A stretch of DNA of 61,143 bases, the filler included, from Hausera hauseri (Eukaryota): NCBI GenBank assembly GCA_046269625.1. It is 12 parts of 12 records of this genome, joined end to end, with 100 filler letters (N's around TTAATTAATTAA, not from the genome) between each part and the next. Parts side by side here need not be neighbours in the genome. Positions count along the whole stretch, not along the records: positions 35,322 to 40,041 come from JBJURY010462245.1; positions 40,142 to 44,811 come from JBJURY010481687.1; positions 44,912 to 49,578 come from JBJURY010483354.1; positions 49,679 to 53,837 come from JBJURY010729101.1; 8 more parts are not named here. One strand, given 5' to 3'. This document shows, piece after piece, positions 39,991-51,046 of this stretch. A program made the position numbers and the translations under genes. The notes below the pieces were generated by a model. The model searched no databases. It worked only from the letters and a program-made list of their open reading frames with translations, and was not told the origin of the DNA. The stretch's first letter is position 1. Each line of letters begins with the position of its first letter.

Positions 39991-40141
39991 TGCGTCCTAC
40001 AATTTCTTTACGAACTTACATTCCTGAAAACTAAGATGCCTNNNNNNNNNNNNNNNNNNNNNNNNNNNNNNNNNNNNNNNNNNNNTTAATTAATTAANNN
40101 NNNNNNNNNNNNNNNNNNNNNNNNNNNNNNNNNNNNNNNNN

Positions 40142-41270
40142 ATCATCAGTTTCATCCAAATTGCTGAATTTTACAAGAACACCTTTGCAACGATTTAGTT
40201 CATTATTTTTCAATCCGAAAAGTATATTGCCCTCTGTAGAAATGAAGCACATATAACCAATGAAATCCGATTCATTGAGAATTTATTTTGGAATAGTTGA
40301 GTAATTTTGACCGCATTTAATAAAGTTATCTTTGAAGTCAACGGAAGCCATATTATCTGCGTAACTAGGAGGTCCACGTAACATGCTTTTAACAAGCACC
40401 CTTTGGCAATGAGAAAAAATAAAAATTTATACGTTTATGCATATTTAATAAACTGTTAAACAAAACTAAGTGTTGTTCTGCCGTATAAAACATAGCCATC
40501 GGCAATGCAGTATAATTTTTTAACCAGAATTGCATCTAGCACCTAAAGAAAATGTTTGAAACATTTTTACTTCATCGCCAATTCTGACCTGTCGTCGGTG
40601 CACTCTCCATACTTGGTGACCAGAGGTTCAAAGTAAAACAAACTGCCCTTAACCGAGCAAGGTATCCACGGTAAGTTAGAAAACTTAGGAATTAATTGAT
40701 TTCAGAATATTTGAGAGTAGTTTTGTCGACCGTAAACTTGAATAGGATGTTCTGAGAATATAATGTGGTGATCAACTAATTTCTGATTTCAAGCGACGTG
40801 TAGAACATTTTATACCAATTGAGAGCGCTATTTATCACTTGGTTGGAAAACACCAACGATAACGGCAAATCACCAGCCGTTGTTGAAATCAGTTCGCCTT
40901 CACAAAGTTGATGGAAGCCTTTCATGCAGGACATGTCCCCGAAAACACCTTCAAGAATTGGTAGTTCCTCGCAGTCGGATTTAAAAAAGAATTTCACATA
41001 ACTTTTGCAAATCCCTTCCAAAATGTTAAATGCTGCAGTTACTCTCTTAGTTCTGGCAATTAATTCCTTTTTAATATTATCTGCCTTGTTCTGAAACATT
41101 GCTGTTCGAGTAGATGATTGATTATCGCTGTCGGTAAAATGACAAATCGAAACTAACATATATATCCGCTTGAAGAGTGGAAAATATTTCCTTTAAAATC
41201 TTTTTGGTTTTCGTCGTTTTCGTTTCCATCAAAACATCGAAACGACACAAAAATATGCTCACTGAAACCC
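40142..41270 (-). pseudogene. Unidentified degraded coding fragment in the 3' LTR interior
   Basis: ORFs 40776-41159 and 40210-40395 lie on the element's sense strand directly after motif X. No family recognised. Confidence 0.35.
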
Positions 41271-41278
41271 CCGAGGCA

Positions 41279-41377
41279 GAAGATCGGGTCCGCCTACGGG
41301 CCCGACGCGGCTGCAGCGGACGCCCGGCCGTATCCCACCAAATGGGCCAAAGGGCACTGGTCGCCGTGGGCACCACA
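41279..41377 (-). repeat. Family-A 3' LTR start (motif X) preceded by PPT
   Basis: The - strand reads GGGAGGTGA|TGTGGTGCCC just downstream of the family-A pol end. Confidence 0.85.
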
Positions 41378-44300
41378 TCACCTCCCGTGGCAAGGTGAAA
41401 ACTATAAAGATCAAAACAGACGGAAAGAAAAAATCGCTAAGCGGAAAGTGTGTATATCAGTTGGTCTTAATGTGAACAAGACGCTGGGTGCCTTCTACTG
41501 ACTTTTTCCTGCTATACTTGCTAAATGTGACTCTGCGTGTTTTGTCTCTATGCGGTGTGTTTGCTAGCAGAGGTTGAAGTTGGGGAAAAATATTATCGGA
41601 TTTTCTTGTGAGTGTTGTGTCGTGCGAAGATGAGTCAAAATAAGGAGAGGAAGAAGGTGAAGGAGGAAGAGAGATTGTCGAAGACGGATGATTAAAGGTA
41701 TTCAAGAGGGTGTTAGAAGGCGAAGGAATGATGAAAGGTGTAGTAGCGGGTGAAGAAAGAGAGATGAATAGTGGAGTAGAAGTTGGAATTGTATAAGATG
41801 AAAGAGTGGAAGTGGAAGACGAAACAGAGGTAGTGATAAAGAGAGGAAGAGAGATAGGGATAGAAGTAAAGGGAGAAGGAAGTTGTGAAGCGGAAATGAA
41901 AGGAGTAAAAGACGATGTGTAAGGAGAAAGGGAGGTCGAAGGCGCCGAAAATGAGGAAGGTGTGGAAGGAGAAAGAGAGTGAAAGAGAAAAGACGACGAA
42001 GAGGGACAAAGCGAAAAAGAGCAAGAAGATTGAGAAGGCGAAGGAAAGTAGTTGGAAGGTGGTATGAAAAAGGCTGGAATGATGAAAGGGGTAGATGGAG
42101 AAATTGGTGAAGTCGAAGTGGTGTTTGGCGGAGGAGGTCTTGTAAATGGAGAAAACAAGTTGTCATCAGGGGATGGAGGAGCTGTTATAAGGCTTGAAGG
42201 TGCAAAATTGGATGGGCAAAAAAAGGCTTAACTGTCAGAGAAAATTGAAGTAAAAGTCTTGCGAGAAAAGGTAGGGAAAAGTGGACTAAAAGATTGATCA
42301 GAGATGGAAAATGAATTGTTGTGTTGCTGCGCGTAGTCTAAAGATGTTAGTGGAGAAGTGTTTCGACGATAAATGTACCGTCAGTAAAGAAAGCTGGCTT
42401 AGCGTTGTTAATGTGGACTGTTACTTCTTTGTCGTCCTTGAGAATGATGATGTTTCGAGAGTGTAAACAAATTACTTTGTAAGGGCCAACATACTGAAGC
42501 TGAAAACCTCACGGAATCTGATTCTTCAGCCGTACGAACTTGGCAGTATATAAATAGTCCGGTATGTTGGGTTTATTTCCGTGTAATAGTCTACAAAATG
42601 ACTCTTTGCTGATCGCAACGAAGTGTCTCTGGGCCGCTTGTATGGTTTAGTCTGTAAGAATATTGTCGAGCTCAGCCATCACGAATAATGATTTAATAGA
42701 AGTACAAAATAATGCCTCTGCAGGTGAACAGCCTGTAGAAGTAGATGGTGTGTTTCGCCAGCCAAGCAGAACGTACGGAAGGAGTGTAGTCCAACTGCAA
42801 TTAGACTCAGCAAGGATTTTGAGAGGCGTTTTCATCGTTCGGTGAAAGCGTTCGAGAAGGCCATTCGATTGAGGATGATAGGGTGACGTGTGTGTATGGT
42901 TAATTCCAAATCGATTGACAAGAGCTTTAAACAGGTTGGATTCGAACTGTGGGCCTGGGTCCGAAATAATTTGGCGAGGTGATGCAAACCTGCTGATCCA
43001 AGTGCGGATGAAAACGTCTGCGATTGTTTCTGTGTTAATGCTCCGAAGCGGGATAGCCTCTGGCCATCGTGAGGAACGCTGCATCGTTGTGAGGATGAAT
43101 TGATGGCCGTTGTCTAAGGGTAGTGGGCCTACAAGGTCAATGTGAACAGATTCAAAACAAGACGTGCAGGGAAAATGATATAGTGGTGACTTTAAATGCT
43201 TAGTAGCTTTGCATTTTTGGCATGCTACACACTGTCTAACCCATGCCTGCACGTCAGAGCGCATCGACGGCCATACTACTTGGCGTTGTAAGAGTCGAAA
43301 AGCGGCCTTGGCACCGGGATGATGCAACGAATTGATGTTGTTGAATGCTTCTTTTTGAAGCGATTCAGAAAGGATGACTTTAGGATTATTAGGTTTAAAG
43401 GTGTCAAAGGCCACAACGTCGATGGTTTTGCACGATTTAAATTATTTAAGGATGTCAGGAGGTAGCTTATTTTGTTGATGTTTGGATTGAGGGAAGATTG
43501 GTTTAAAGTCAATCGAGCTGACCGATCGGAACAAAAAGTCAGCTACTAAATTGTCGCCTCCGTTTAGGTGCTTAACTTCGTAACTAAATGTGAACAAATA
43601 CGATATTTGCCTGTCCTGACGCAGGGAAGGCGATTTCATGGTGAGAATTTGAAGCAAGGGCTTGTGGTTTGTTTGTATTGTAAAGGTTCGTGCGGTTAGC
43701 AGATGCTTAGAGTGTCTTACGGCAAGGACCATGGCAAGCAACTCTCTGTCAAAGGTGGAATATCTTTGCTCTTGTGCCGTAAATTTTCGAGAAAAGAATT
43801 TTAATGGCTCATGAGATCCATTTTTAAATTGATAGAAAACAGCACCTGCAGCTGTTGTAGATGCATCCGTGGTTAAGAAGAATTCTGCATGGGAGTCGGG
43901 ATAGACCAGGATTTCCACAGTTTTTAGATTGACTTTGAGGTGTACGAAAGCGTTGACTAGCTCTGCGGTTTATTGAATAGGCTGTTTTTTATTGCCAGAG
44001 CTTATTGATGCAAAGGGAGCGATTAGCGAGGAGCAGTGTGGAATATACTTATGAATAAAGTGCAAGGTTCCGGGGAAAGAACGCATCTCTGTTGATGTAC
44101 GTGGTAGCTGTATGTTTTTGAGCTGTGTGATGCGCTGTGGCTGAAATGAATGTCCGGATGAGCTAATAACATTTCATAGGAAGTTGACCTTATGTTATAA
44201 CAAGGAGCATTTGGGGAAATTAATTTGCAAGTTGTTTTGGTGCAAGCACTGGAAGATTAAGCGTAAGTGCTCGGAGTGTTGTTTCGAGGAAGACGATGCA

Positions 44301-44811
44301 ATTAAGATATCATCTATATGGGGATAAGCAAAGTCTAAACCTGGGAGAACTGTATCAATATGCCTTTGAAGGTCTGGGAGGTGCTACGGAGTCAAAAAGG
44401 CATGAAAATACATTCGAAAAGGCCGAAAGGTGTAATGACAGCCGTTTTCCGAATGTTTTCTGGGGCTGCCGGAATTTGGTGGTATGCTTTATGCAAATCA
44501 ATGCAGGAAAAATGGTCGAAACATGGAGCCTGTGAAGGATGTCGTTGATTAACGGTAGACTGTAGGCATCCATTGTTGTTATGATGTTGAGTTGGCGGTA
44601 ATCACCGCATGGGCAAAAGGTACCATCTTTTTTTGGAACAACATGTAGTGGTGAAGACCAAGAGAATTTGGATCTTCTGATTATTCCTGATTTTTCCAGT
44701 TCGAGAAACTCAACCTTCACTGCCTGTCTGCGGCGAGACGACAGTGGGCGGACCTTTTGACGTATTGGTCTTTGATGTGCTGTTACTATGTGATGGAAGG
44801 TGGATTTAGGT
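41378..44811 (-). mobile_element. Gypsy family-A pol (RT, RNase H, integrase, Ser/Pro-rich tail)
   Basis: [25 protein letters not shown] (nucleotide-homologous to 12990-13889); TTDAS...RYSTFDRELLA; HIDLVGPLP, SDPGPQF, HPQSNGLLERFH; low-complexity tail 41457-42300. Confidence 0.9.
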
Positions 44812-45359
44812 NNNNNNNNNNNNNNNNNNNNNNNNNNNNNNNNNNNNNNNNNNNNTTAATTAATTAANNNNNNNNNNNNNNNNNNNNNNNNNNNNNNNNN
44901 NNNNNNNNNNNAATCTAAAGTAAAAACACAATCAATTTATAAAAATAACAAAATGCAAACCTTCGATCGAATAAAAAGTCTAAAGAAAAGTAATAAAACA
45001 ATTTCCAACTGAATGACGAACAATAACTCACTTCCTCCCGATCAAAATAATTATATTTTGTTTTTCTTTTATTGATGTAAAAATACTTTATTTCTTGTAC
45101 ATTTTATGTGTTGACAAACTGGTATATGTATCAGTCGTAATTTTGTGGTAAACAGAACAAAATTTTGACTTGAACTTATATTGTGTTATAACTATGAACC
45201 CTTAATAGATGTGAGTATTTATTTATTCACTGATTTTAGTTATTAATTTTCAATTTTGAATTTTATTGATTGTTTTGTTAGAGTATTAAATCTTTATTTT
45301 TACTTTCTCTATTAATCATAGATAATATTAATTGCTAAATAAACTATAATAAATTAACC

Positions 45360-46160
45360 ACGTGCCCACACTTTTGTATACCGTACCACAAAGTCGGTTG
45401 TATAAATATATAATTAAATGGAAGAATATTGCTAATGTACATCCTAGCGATCGACTCACATTAAGGTTAATTAATACCTAAGTAAAATAGCAACCCACAG
45501 GTTGCTGCTTGACTGCTAAGTAAAGTTTAAGTTTGAGGTCGAGAGACAAACTAATCTCAGATAATTAAACTTAACACAAAGAATCGTGGGTTTCCCCGTG
45601 CTGTTAAATATACATCCTCCGAAAATAAGTGTTATTATAAAACTGCAGGAATGATTTTAAAATCTAACGTCGCAAAAGTCTACATAGACTTGAGTGAAAA
45701 CTAAACTAAAGTTTTAGATAAATTTCAAAAAGGCAATCAAAGTTGAGCGATAGAGATAAAATATCTATTATCAGAAAAGTTGAAAAATGATTTAAGAACG
45801 ATTGCATTTGAAATGGCTAAAGATGGTCAAAAAGTTACATAAATAGATATACGTCCAGAATGTTTTAGAAAATGGAGGGTTCCAAGAAGAAAATCCATTA
45901 TTTCAAAGGTAAATTTGTTGCGATGTGATCTTTTGTTCAATCGCCTTTCTGAAAGTCACGTGCCTGTCTCACTGATTTATGGAGGACGACCTTGGATATA
46001 ATTTGTGCTAAGTGTCGCCTAATTTTACAAAGTTGTCCACCACAGTTGTTGAGCGATCGATTAATTTAGCAATTTTACAATTGGTGTAGCCCCTGCATTT
46101 TTGTAAGCCTTGATTTTTCCTATTTCTTCCTCATTCAAAGGAGTGCTTTTTCGAATCTGA
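45360..46160 (-). mobile_element. Degraded Tc1-like transposon fragment
   Basis: LNEEEIGKIKAY...GRPP HTH/linker-like translation; TIR-like CCCACACTTTTGTATACCGTA at ~45366. Confidence 0.45.
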
Positions 46161-48746
46161 AAAATTAATGAATTATCAACAAGACATTCGTATATGATAA
46201 TAAAAATTATTCTCCTTACCTTTGATTTTGAATGTTATTGATTTTTGATTGATTCAATCTTTCTTCTACCCAAAAATTACTAATATCTGAGTAGGAGGTA
46301 ATGTGGTTTTCACAGACACTTATTACACTTTAATACTTAATCATTACTTAATAAGTACAGTTTATTAGAAATAAAACTGACGGAGAAAATTATAAAAACG
46401 TGCTTGTCCTTAACCTTTTATCCACAACTGTCAAGTCAAACAAAATCATGAATTATTTTGTAAAGTTCAAAAGACAGTTCAAATTTTTCAAAGAAAACTG
46501 TACTTATTAAAACATAATTCATGGAAATGTTTTATGTAATTATATTCCATATAAGCCAAAATAATTATACTAATTATTGAAATGTACTTTTAATAAAATA
46601 CTAAATTTTATACTCTACAAATTTGAATAAGTTTTAGTCAGGTGTTTAACTTGTATTACGCATGTACATATTTTGAAATTGATAATCACAGACTAATCGT
46701 GTTCGATATGTCTTGCTATTGTTATTATTCCGCAGTGCTGGTTTAATTAAATCATTGTCAATTGATAAGGAAACAAAACATAAATCAGTGTTTCAGACGT
46801 GGACAAACTTTTTCGATGAGGGATCAACTTGCACACATAGACTGATTGAACGTCAAACTTTCGGTAATACATCAATTATTATTGACGTAAAATTACCATA
46901 ATTGAAAATCAGTACCAACTACAGCCGACCAATGAATGGGAAACGAATAATTAATTAATAATAAAACAAATTATAAATTAAAAATACGTTATACCATTAT
47001 AAAACTACATAACAATTATACAGAGAGTATCTTTTTAATATTAAACAAATCACTTTTATGAATTGCTTTCAGTATTTTAATTTCGATACAAATTGGTAAT
47101 CTAGAATTAACAATATTTTAGGGTAATTGACTTAAAAGAATTATACTACATATTAATGTACCAAACTTTTCTTTAATATTTGCTTTCCTTCAAGTATTCT
47201 ACCAAACATTCGCATTGATGATTCTTCAAATAGAGCTGGAAAAAGGCACAAATGCAAGCTTCTCAAAATCCGCTAGTTTCCACAAACTCGTCAAACGAAC
47301 AACCAGCTGTCACCATCGAGGCACGCCAAAAGGTACACTTTAAACCATGTAGTCATGTACAGTATCCTTCTGGTAGAATTAGGTTGACTTAGTGTTTAGG
47401 TTTTTGGACAAATTCGTCAAAAGTGATGTTAAATATAATTTCTTAACTTTTCACGGGGGCTATGTTGTACCTAAAAATAATAGAATTTCGGGCATGATTT
47501 TTCATTGACATCGGATTTGCTAAATTTAACGAATTCGTAATTACATACCATATTTACAACATCTCTAATACCTTATTTTTTATTTACATTTTAAATTTAT
47601 GGTAGATACGAGTAATAGGTGGGGAAGCAGAATATTTACCGTGACAGCAATTGAAAAGCAATTACAAAACCGCAAACATTTTAATTTTTATTTTGTTTGT
47701 ATCGAAATTCAAATTCTTTTTCGGTGAACTTACATCTGAACTGTTCTATTTATACATTCTTTATATGTTTTTCTAAGTTGCTCTGTTCTATATCGTAGCT
47801 TTTGTACATAGTTTCTATTTGGAGATGTATGTTGAATGAAGGGAGACCTAAATTTATGACTAAATGAAGTGTATTTACTAAATTTCGGTAGAAATTAATA
47901 ATTACTTGATATTCAAGCCTGTAATATTTAAAAGGGCATTGGTTGAGTGAAAAGTACACATAGAATTTCGAACTATAAATTAACCGGAAGGCAACGGGAT
48001 AGCACAAAGGAATCACCTAACAGTACTGAACATGATCGGAAGATCTAGACATGACATTTATTCTGCCCTGTTTTAATATAGTAATACTACGAAAGTATCT
48101 GATACACTCCAAGAGCGAAGGAATTACACGTCGTTCCAAGCATAACAATTAATCGAAGTTATGATGAATCAGACAGTCGACTTAAGTTTGATTCCGTATT
48201 TCAAAAGGCCAATGTACTGTTGGTTAAACCATTGAAAGACAATATGAACTAAAATTTAAATACCATTGACGATCAAAAATCTAATATCTTAACTTAAAAC
48301 ACGGAGTTAAATGTGCTTAAGCCACGTTCCCTCGCCATGAAGAAAATTTGAGTTGTTGGTAAGTTAATGCGAGTAAATAAAAAAGCGGATTGGGCATTAA
48401 GTTTTAACAACGCATAAGTTGGACAACTGGTTTTATAGTGTTGATGATTTTGAAGAATTCACTGATGAATAAAAGTAAATGAAAACGACTGCAGATTTTT
48501 TTCAACATGATTTAATATTTTCGGTAAAAGCGTGTTTAGATTAATATCGTGCCATTGAGTATGATAGTTCGTATGGGGTTATGCACTTTAATTTTTGCCA
48601 CAATATTTTGGCTGAGAAAAAATCACGTGTATTTACAGTATTGTTACTATAAATGGATTATTTATTGCACAATGTCTCTTGATTTAATCACGATTTACGA
48701 AAATAATTTATTAGTATAATCGATTTTCTTTTTATTCAAAACAAAT

Positions 48747-49020
48747 CTATGGAAGGCCTCTCAAATCAACCAATTCAAAACCTTCTACAATCACGAGAAC
48801 TATTTCAGCAACCGGAGGGCACCCAAGCAATTGCAATGTTTTACGAAGGCTGTACCCAAGTCGCTCGGAAATGTCCTTTATAACTATAAAAAATGAAACA
48901 GTTACTTTTACCAACCCTTGATTTACACCAGCAACTAAATTTACCAAGAAATAGCCGATTTAATATTATTGTCCTTTCTTTCCTTTGTAGTTAAAGTTTA
49001 TCAACACATCAATTTAACAA
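48747..49020 (-). pseudogene. Possible degraded FKBP-type PPIase fragment
   Basis: NYKGRKD...LVAGVNQGL...ISERLGYS.R...CPPVAEIV...ELVD loosely fits the FKBP pattern VIxGWxxGL...IPPxLGYG...IPPNA.LVFEVEL. Confidence 0.25.
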
Positions 49021-49466
49021 GTCAAGGGTACTAGACGCAGTCGTTCACCGAATGGTCCACTTCTAAACCCAGCCAAATCAAGCTATTTTTGCAACTAATC
49101 GATCTCTCTCTTTTATTGGGCCCAATTAATTCTAATGACTAATGTTTACTTTCAAAACAAAAAGGAATCGACAATTAAGTTAATTACAAATAAGGAAAAC
49201 AAAAAAGCAATACCCGCTTGTTTGTTTAATCGTTGTACAATTACTGACTCATCCAACCAAGGAATGGAAGTAAATGAGAGCCACCACAATGTCCCAGAAT
49301 TGATCTCCACCGAAGTCAAAATTTATTTATTGAAATGTAAATACAGCAATATTTTCTACATTCTAACCTCCTCTTGATTTTTGTCAAAATGTTCATACTA
49401 TGTGATAAAATGGCGGTTCTGCCCCACCCCGGGGGGTAATCAATAAATCGCTTTTGCGCATGTGCT

Positions 49467-49574
49467 GATCGATAGTACACACTGTGTACTATCGATCCAA
49501 AAATGCCTAGCAACGGTGCCGCTAGGCACCGTTGCTAAGGGCACTTTTCACTTATCGATCGCTGCACAGTGCAG
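49467..49574. repeat. Cluster of perfect hairpins
   Basis: GATCGATAGTACACA-C-TGTGTACTATCGATC (49467-49497), TAGCAACGGTGCC-GCTA-GGCACCGTTGCTA (49508-49537) and CTGCAC-A-GTGCAG (49562-49574). Confidence 0.9.
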
Positions 49575-49678
49575 TATTNNNNNNNNNNNNNNNNNNNNNN
49601 NNNNNNNNNNNNNNNNNNNNNNTTAATTAATTAANNNNNNNNNNNNNNNNNNNNNNNNNNNNNNNNNNNNNNNNNNNN

Positions 49679-50247
49679 TGAGATACCACACTACGATGTG
49701 CGAATAATAGCCCCTTAGATTGCCTGGACACATTGACAATAAAGTAGAAATCAAGGAACTTAGGAGACGCGTAACATTCCTGGTAGTGTCGGAATTACGC
49801 CCAGAAATAATAGGTGGTGTCACCTGCAAAAGGCATTTGGAATAGAATTGGGATAGAAACGCACGGACACGGAAACATTACAACAAGACATATGCAGCCT
49901 GGAAGCAAAATTCGGCCTGAAGATGACTAACCAAGAACGAGTCAACAGGACGAAGAAAACTCTTCAGGTGAGTGACAACAAGGAGCTATTCATCATCGTA
50001 CAAAAATACCCAGAGGTATTCATGGCCGACAAGTAGAACATAGGGTGCACACCTCTCATCAAACACCGAATAGACAAGACAGAAGCGCCGATTAATATTA
50101 AACCTCATAGGCAAGCGGTAAACCTAGAGAAGAAAATCGACCAAACCATCCAAAACCTGTAGATAAACGACATTATCAAGCCATGTAACTCAGCATGGAA
50201 TATACCAATGATGTGCGAATGGAAGAAAGTCAAGAACGATGTGAGAA
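49679..50247 (+). mobile_element. Gypsy family-B protease/RT-start fragment
   Basis: Homologous to the reverse complement of ~51920-52490. Confidence 0.8.
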
Positions 50248-50340
50248 CCTATTCGGATGTATAAGAGCTGATGAATTTCTCAAGTTTATGGCCCATTTTA
50301 TTAAACACTCAAATGCATCGAAAGATGTGCCAACTTTCTT

Positions 50341-50445
50341 TGTGGTGCCCACCGCGGCTGGTGCCCTTTGGCCCATTTTGACTGGGTTGGGCCGGGCGTT
50401 CCTTTATCGCCGCGTCGGATTCATAGTTTGGTCAGATTCTCTACC
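50341..50445 (+). repeat. Family-A LTR motif X, third copy
   Basis: TGTGGTGCCCACCGCGGCTGGTGCCCTTTGGCCCATTT...GGCCGGGCG...TCGCCGCGTCGG. Confidence 0.85.
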
Positions 50446-50581
50446 TCTAGAGTTTTACCGGTAGATTAAAAGTCAGAAGACCAGTGGAATTCATAAATAT
50501 CAATGACAGTGCCACAAAGATGCAGAGTGTTTATATCCATTCAAATTTCCACAACAATTTAACGAAAAACCGAGTTTAATT

Positions 50582-50900
50582 AAGGAAATTATTCCCATTA
50601 ACACAGGTTAAGCTGGAGCAAAATTATCCAATGCAGTGTGGAACTATTTCATATCGAATATGGAGTACAAACCAAAGGAACTCTGGACGAACGTTTAAGA
50701 GGTGACGACAGTTATACCTGTAAAGCATTCTGCAGGAAGTCCCGATGAAGAATTACTTCCCGAGAACAATTTCTATTGATTTGGAACCAACCGTTATTGA
50801 TGAAGTTAGAACAAGAAACTACCGAAACTTATGATGCCCAGATCAACATATATTTAATTTTGAAGAAGCTCCAAGAACATTTTACATTAAACGAATGGCT
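50582..50900 (+). pseudogene. Alpha-tubulin N-terminal fragment (LTR cargo)
   Basis: KEIIPINTG*AGAKLSNAVW/ELFHIEYGVQ and FPRTISIDLEPTVIDEVRTRNYRNL; DLEPTVIDEVRT is alpha-tubulin-specific. Not in the ORF track because of stops and frameshifts. Confidence 0.85.
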
Positions 50901-51046
50901 AAGAACAGTTGCAGTTTTGACAACGAACTCAGGGCGTTTGACAAGTACTTTATAGTCAGAATAATCAAATGTGTCTGTATCGTTTCAATTTGTTGGCTGC
51001 GTGCGCATCCACACCATCCACATCATCGCCCAGCCGGGGTTATACA

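Noticed and set aside
41702-42166. Leu/Phe-rich membrane-like ORFs
   Set aside because: Alternative frames of a pyrimidine-rich low-complexity tract.
50258-51046. TGTATAA...TTATACA as a discrete solo LTR
   Set aside because: No target-site duplication, the flanks are oppositely oriented family-B pieces, and the right motif is explained by a local duplication.
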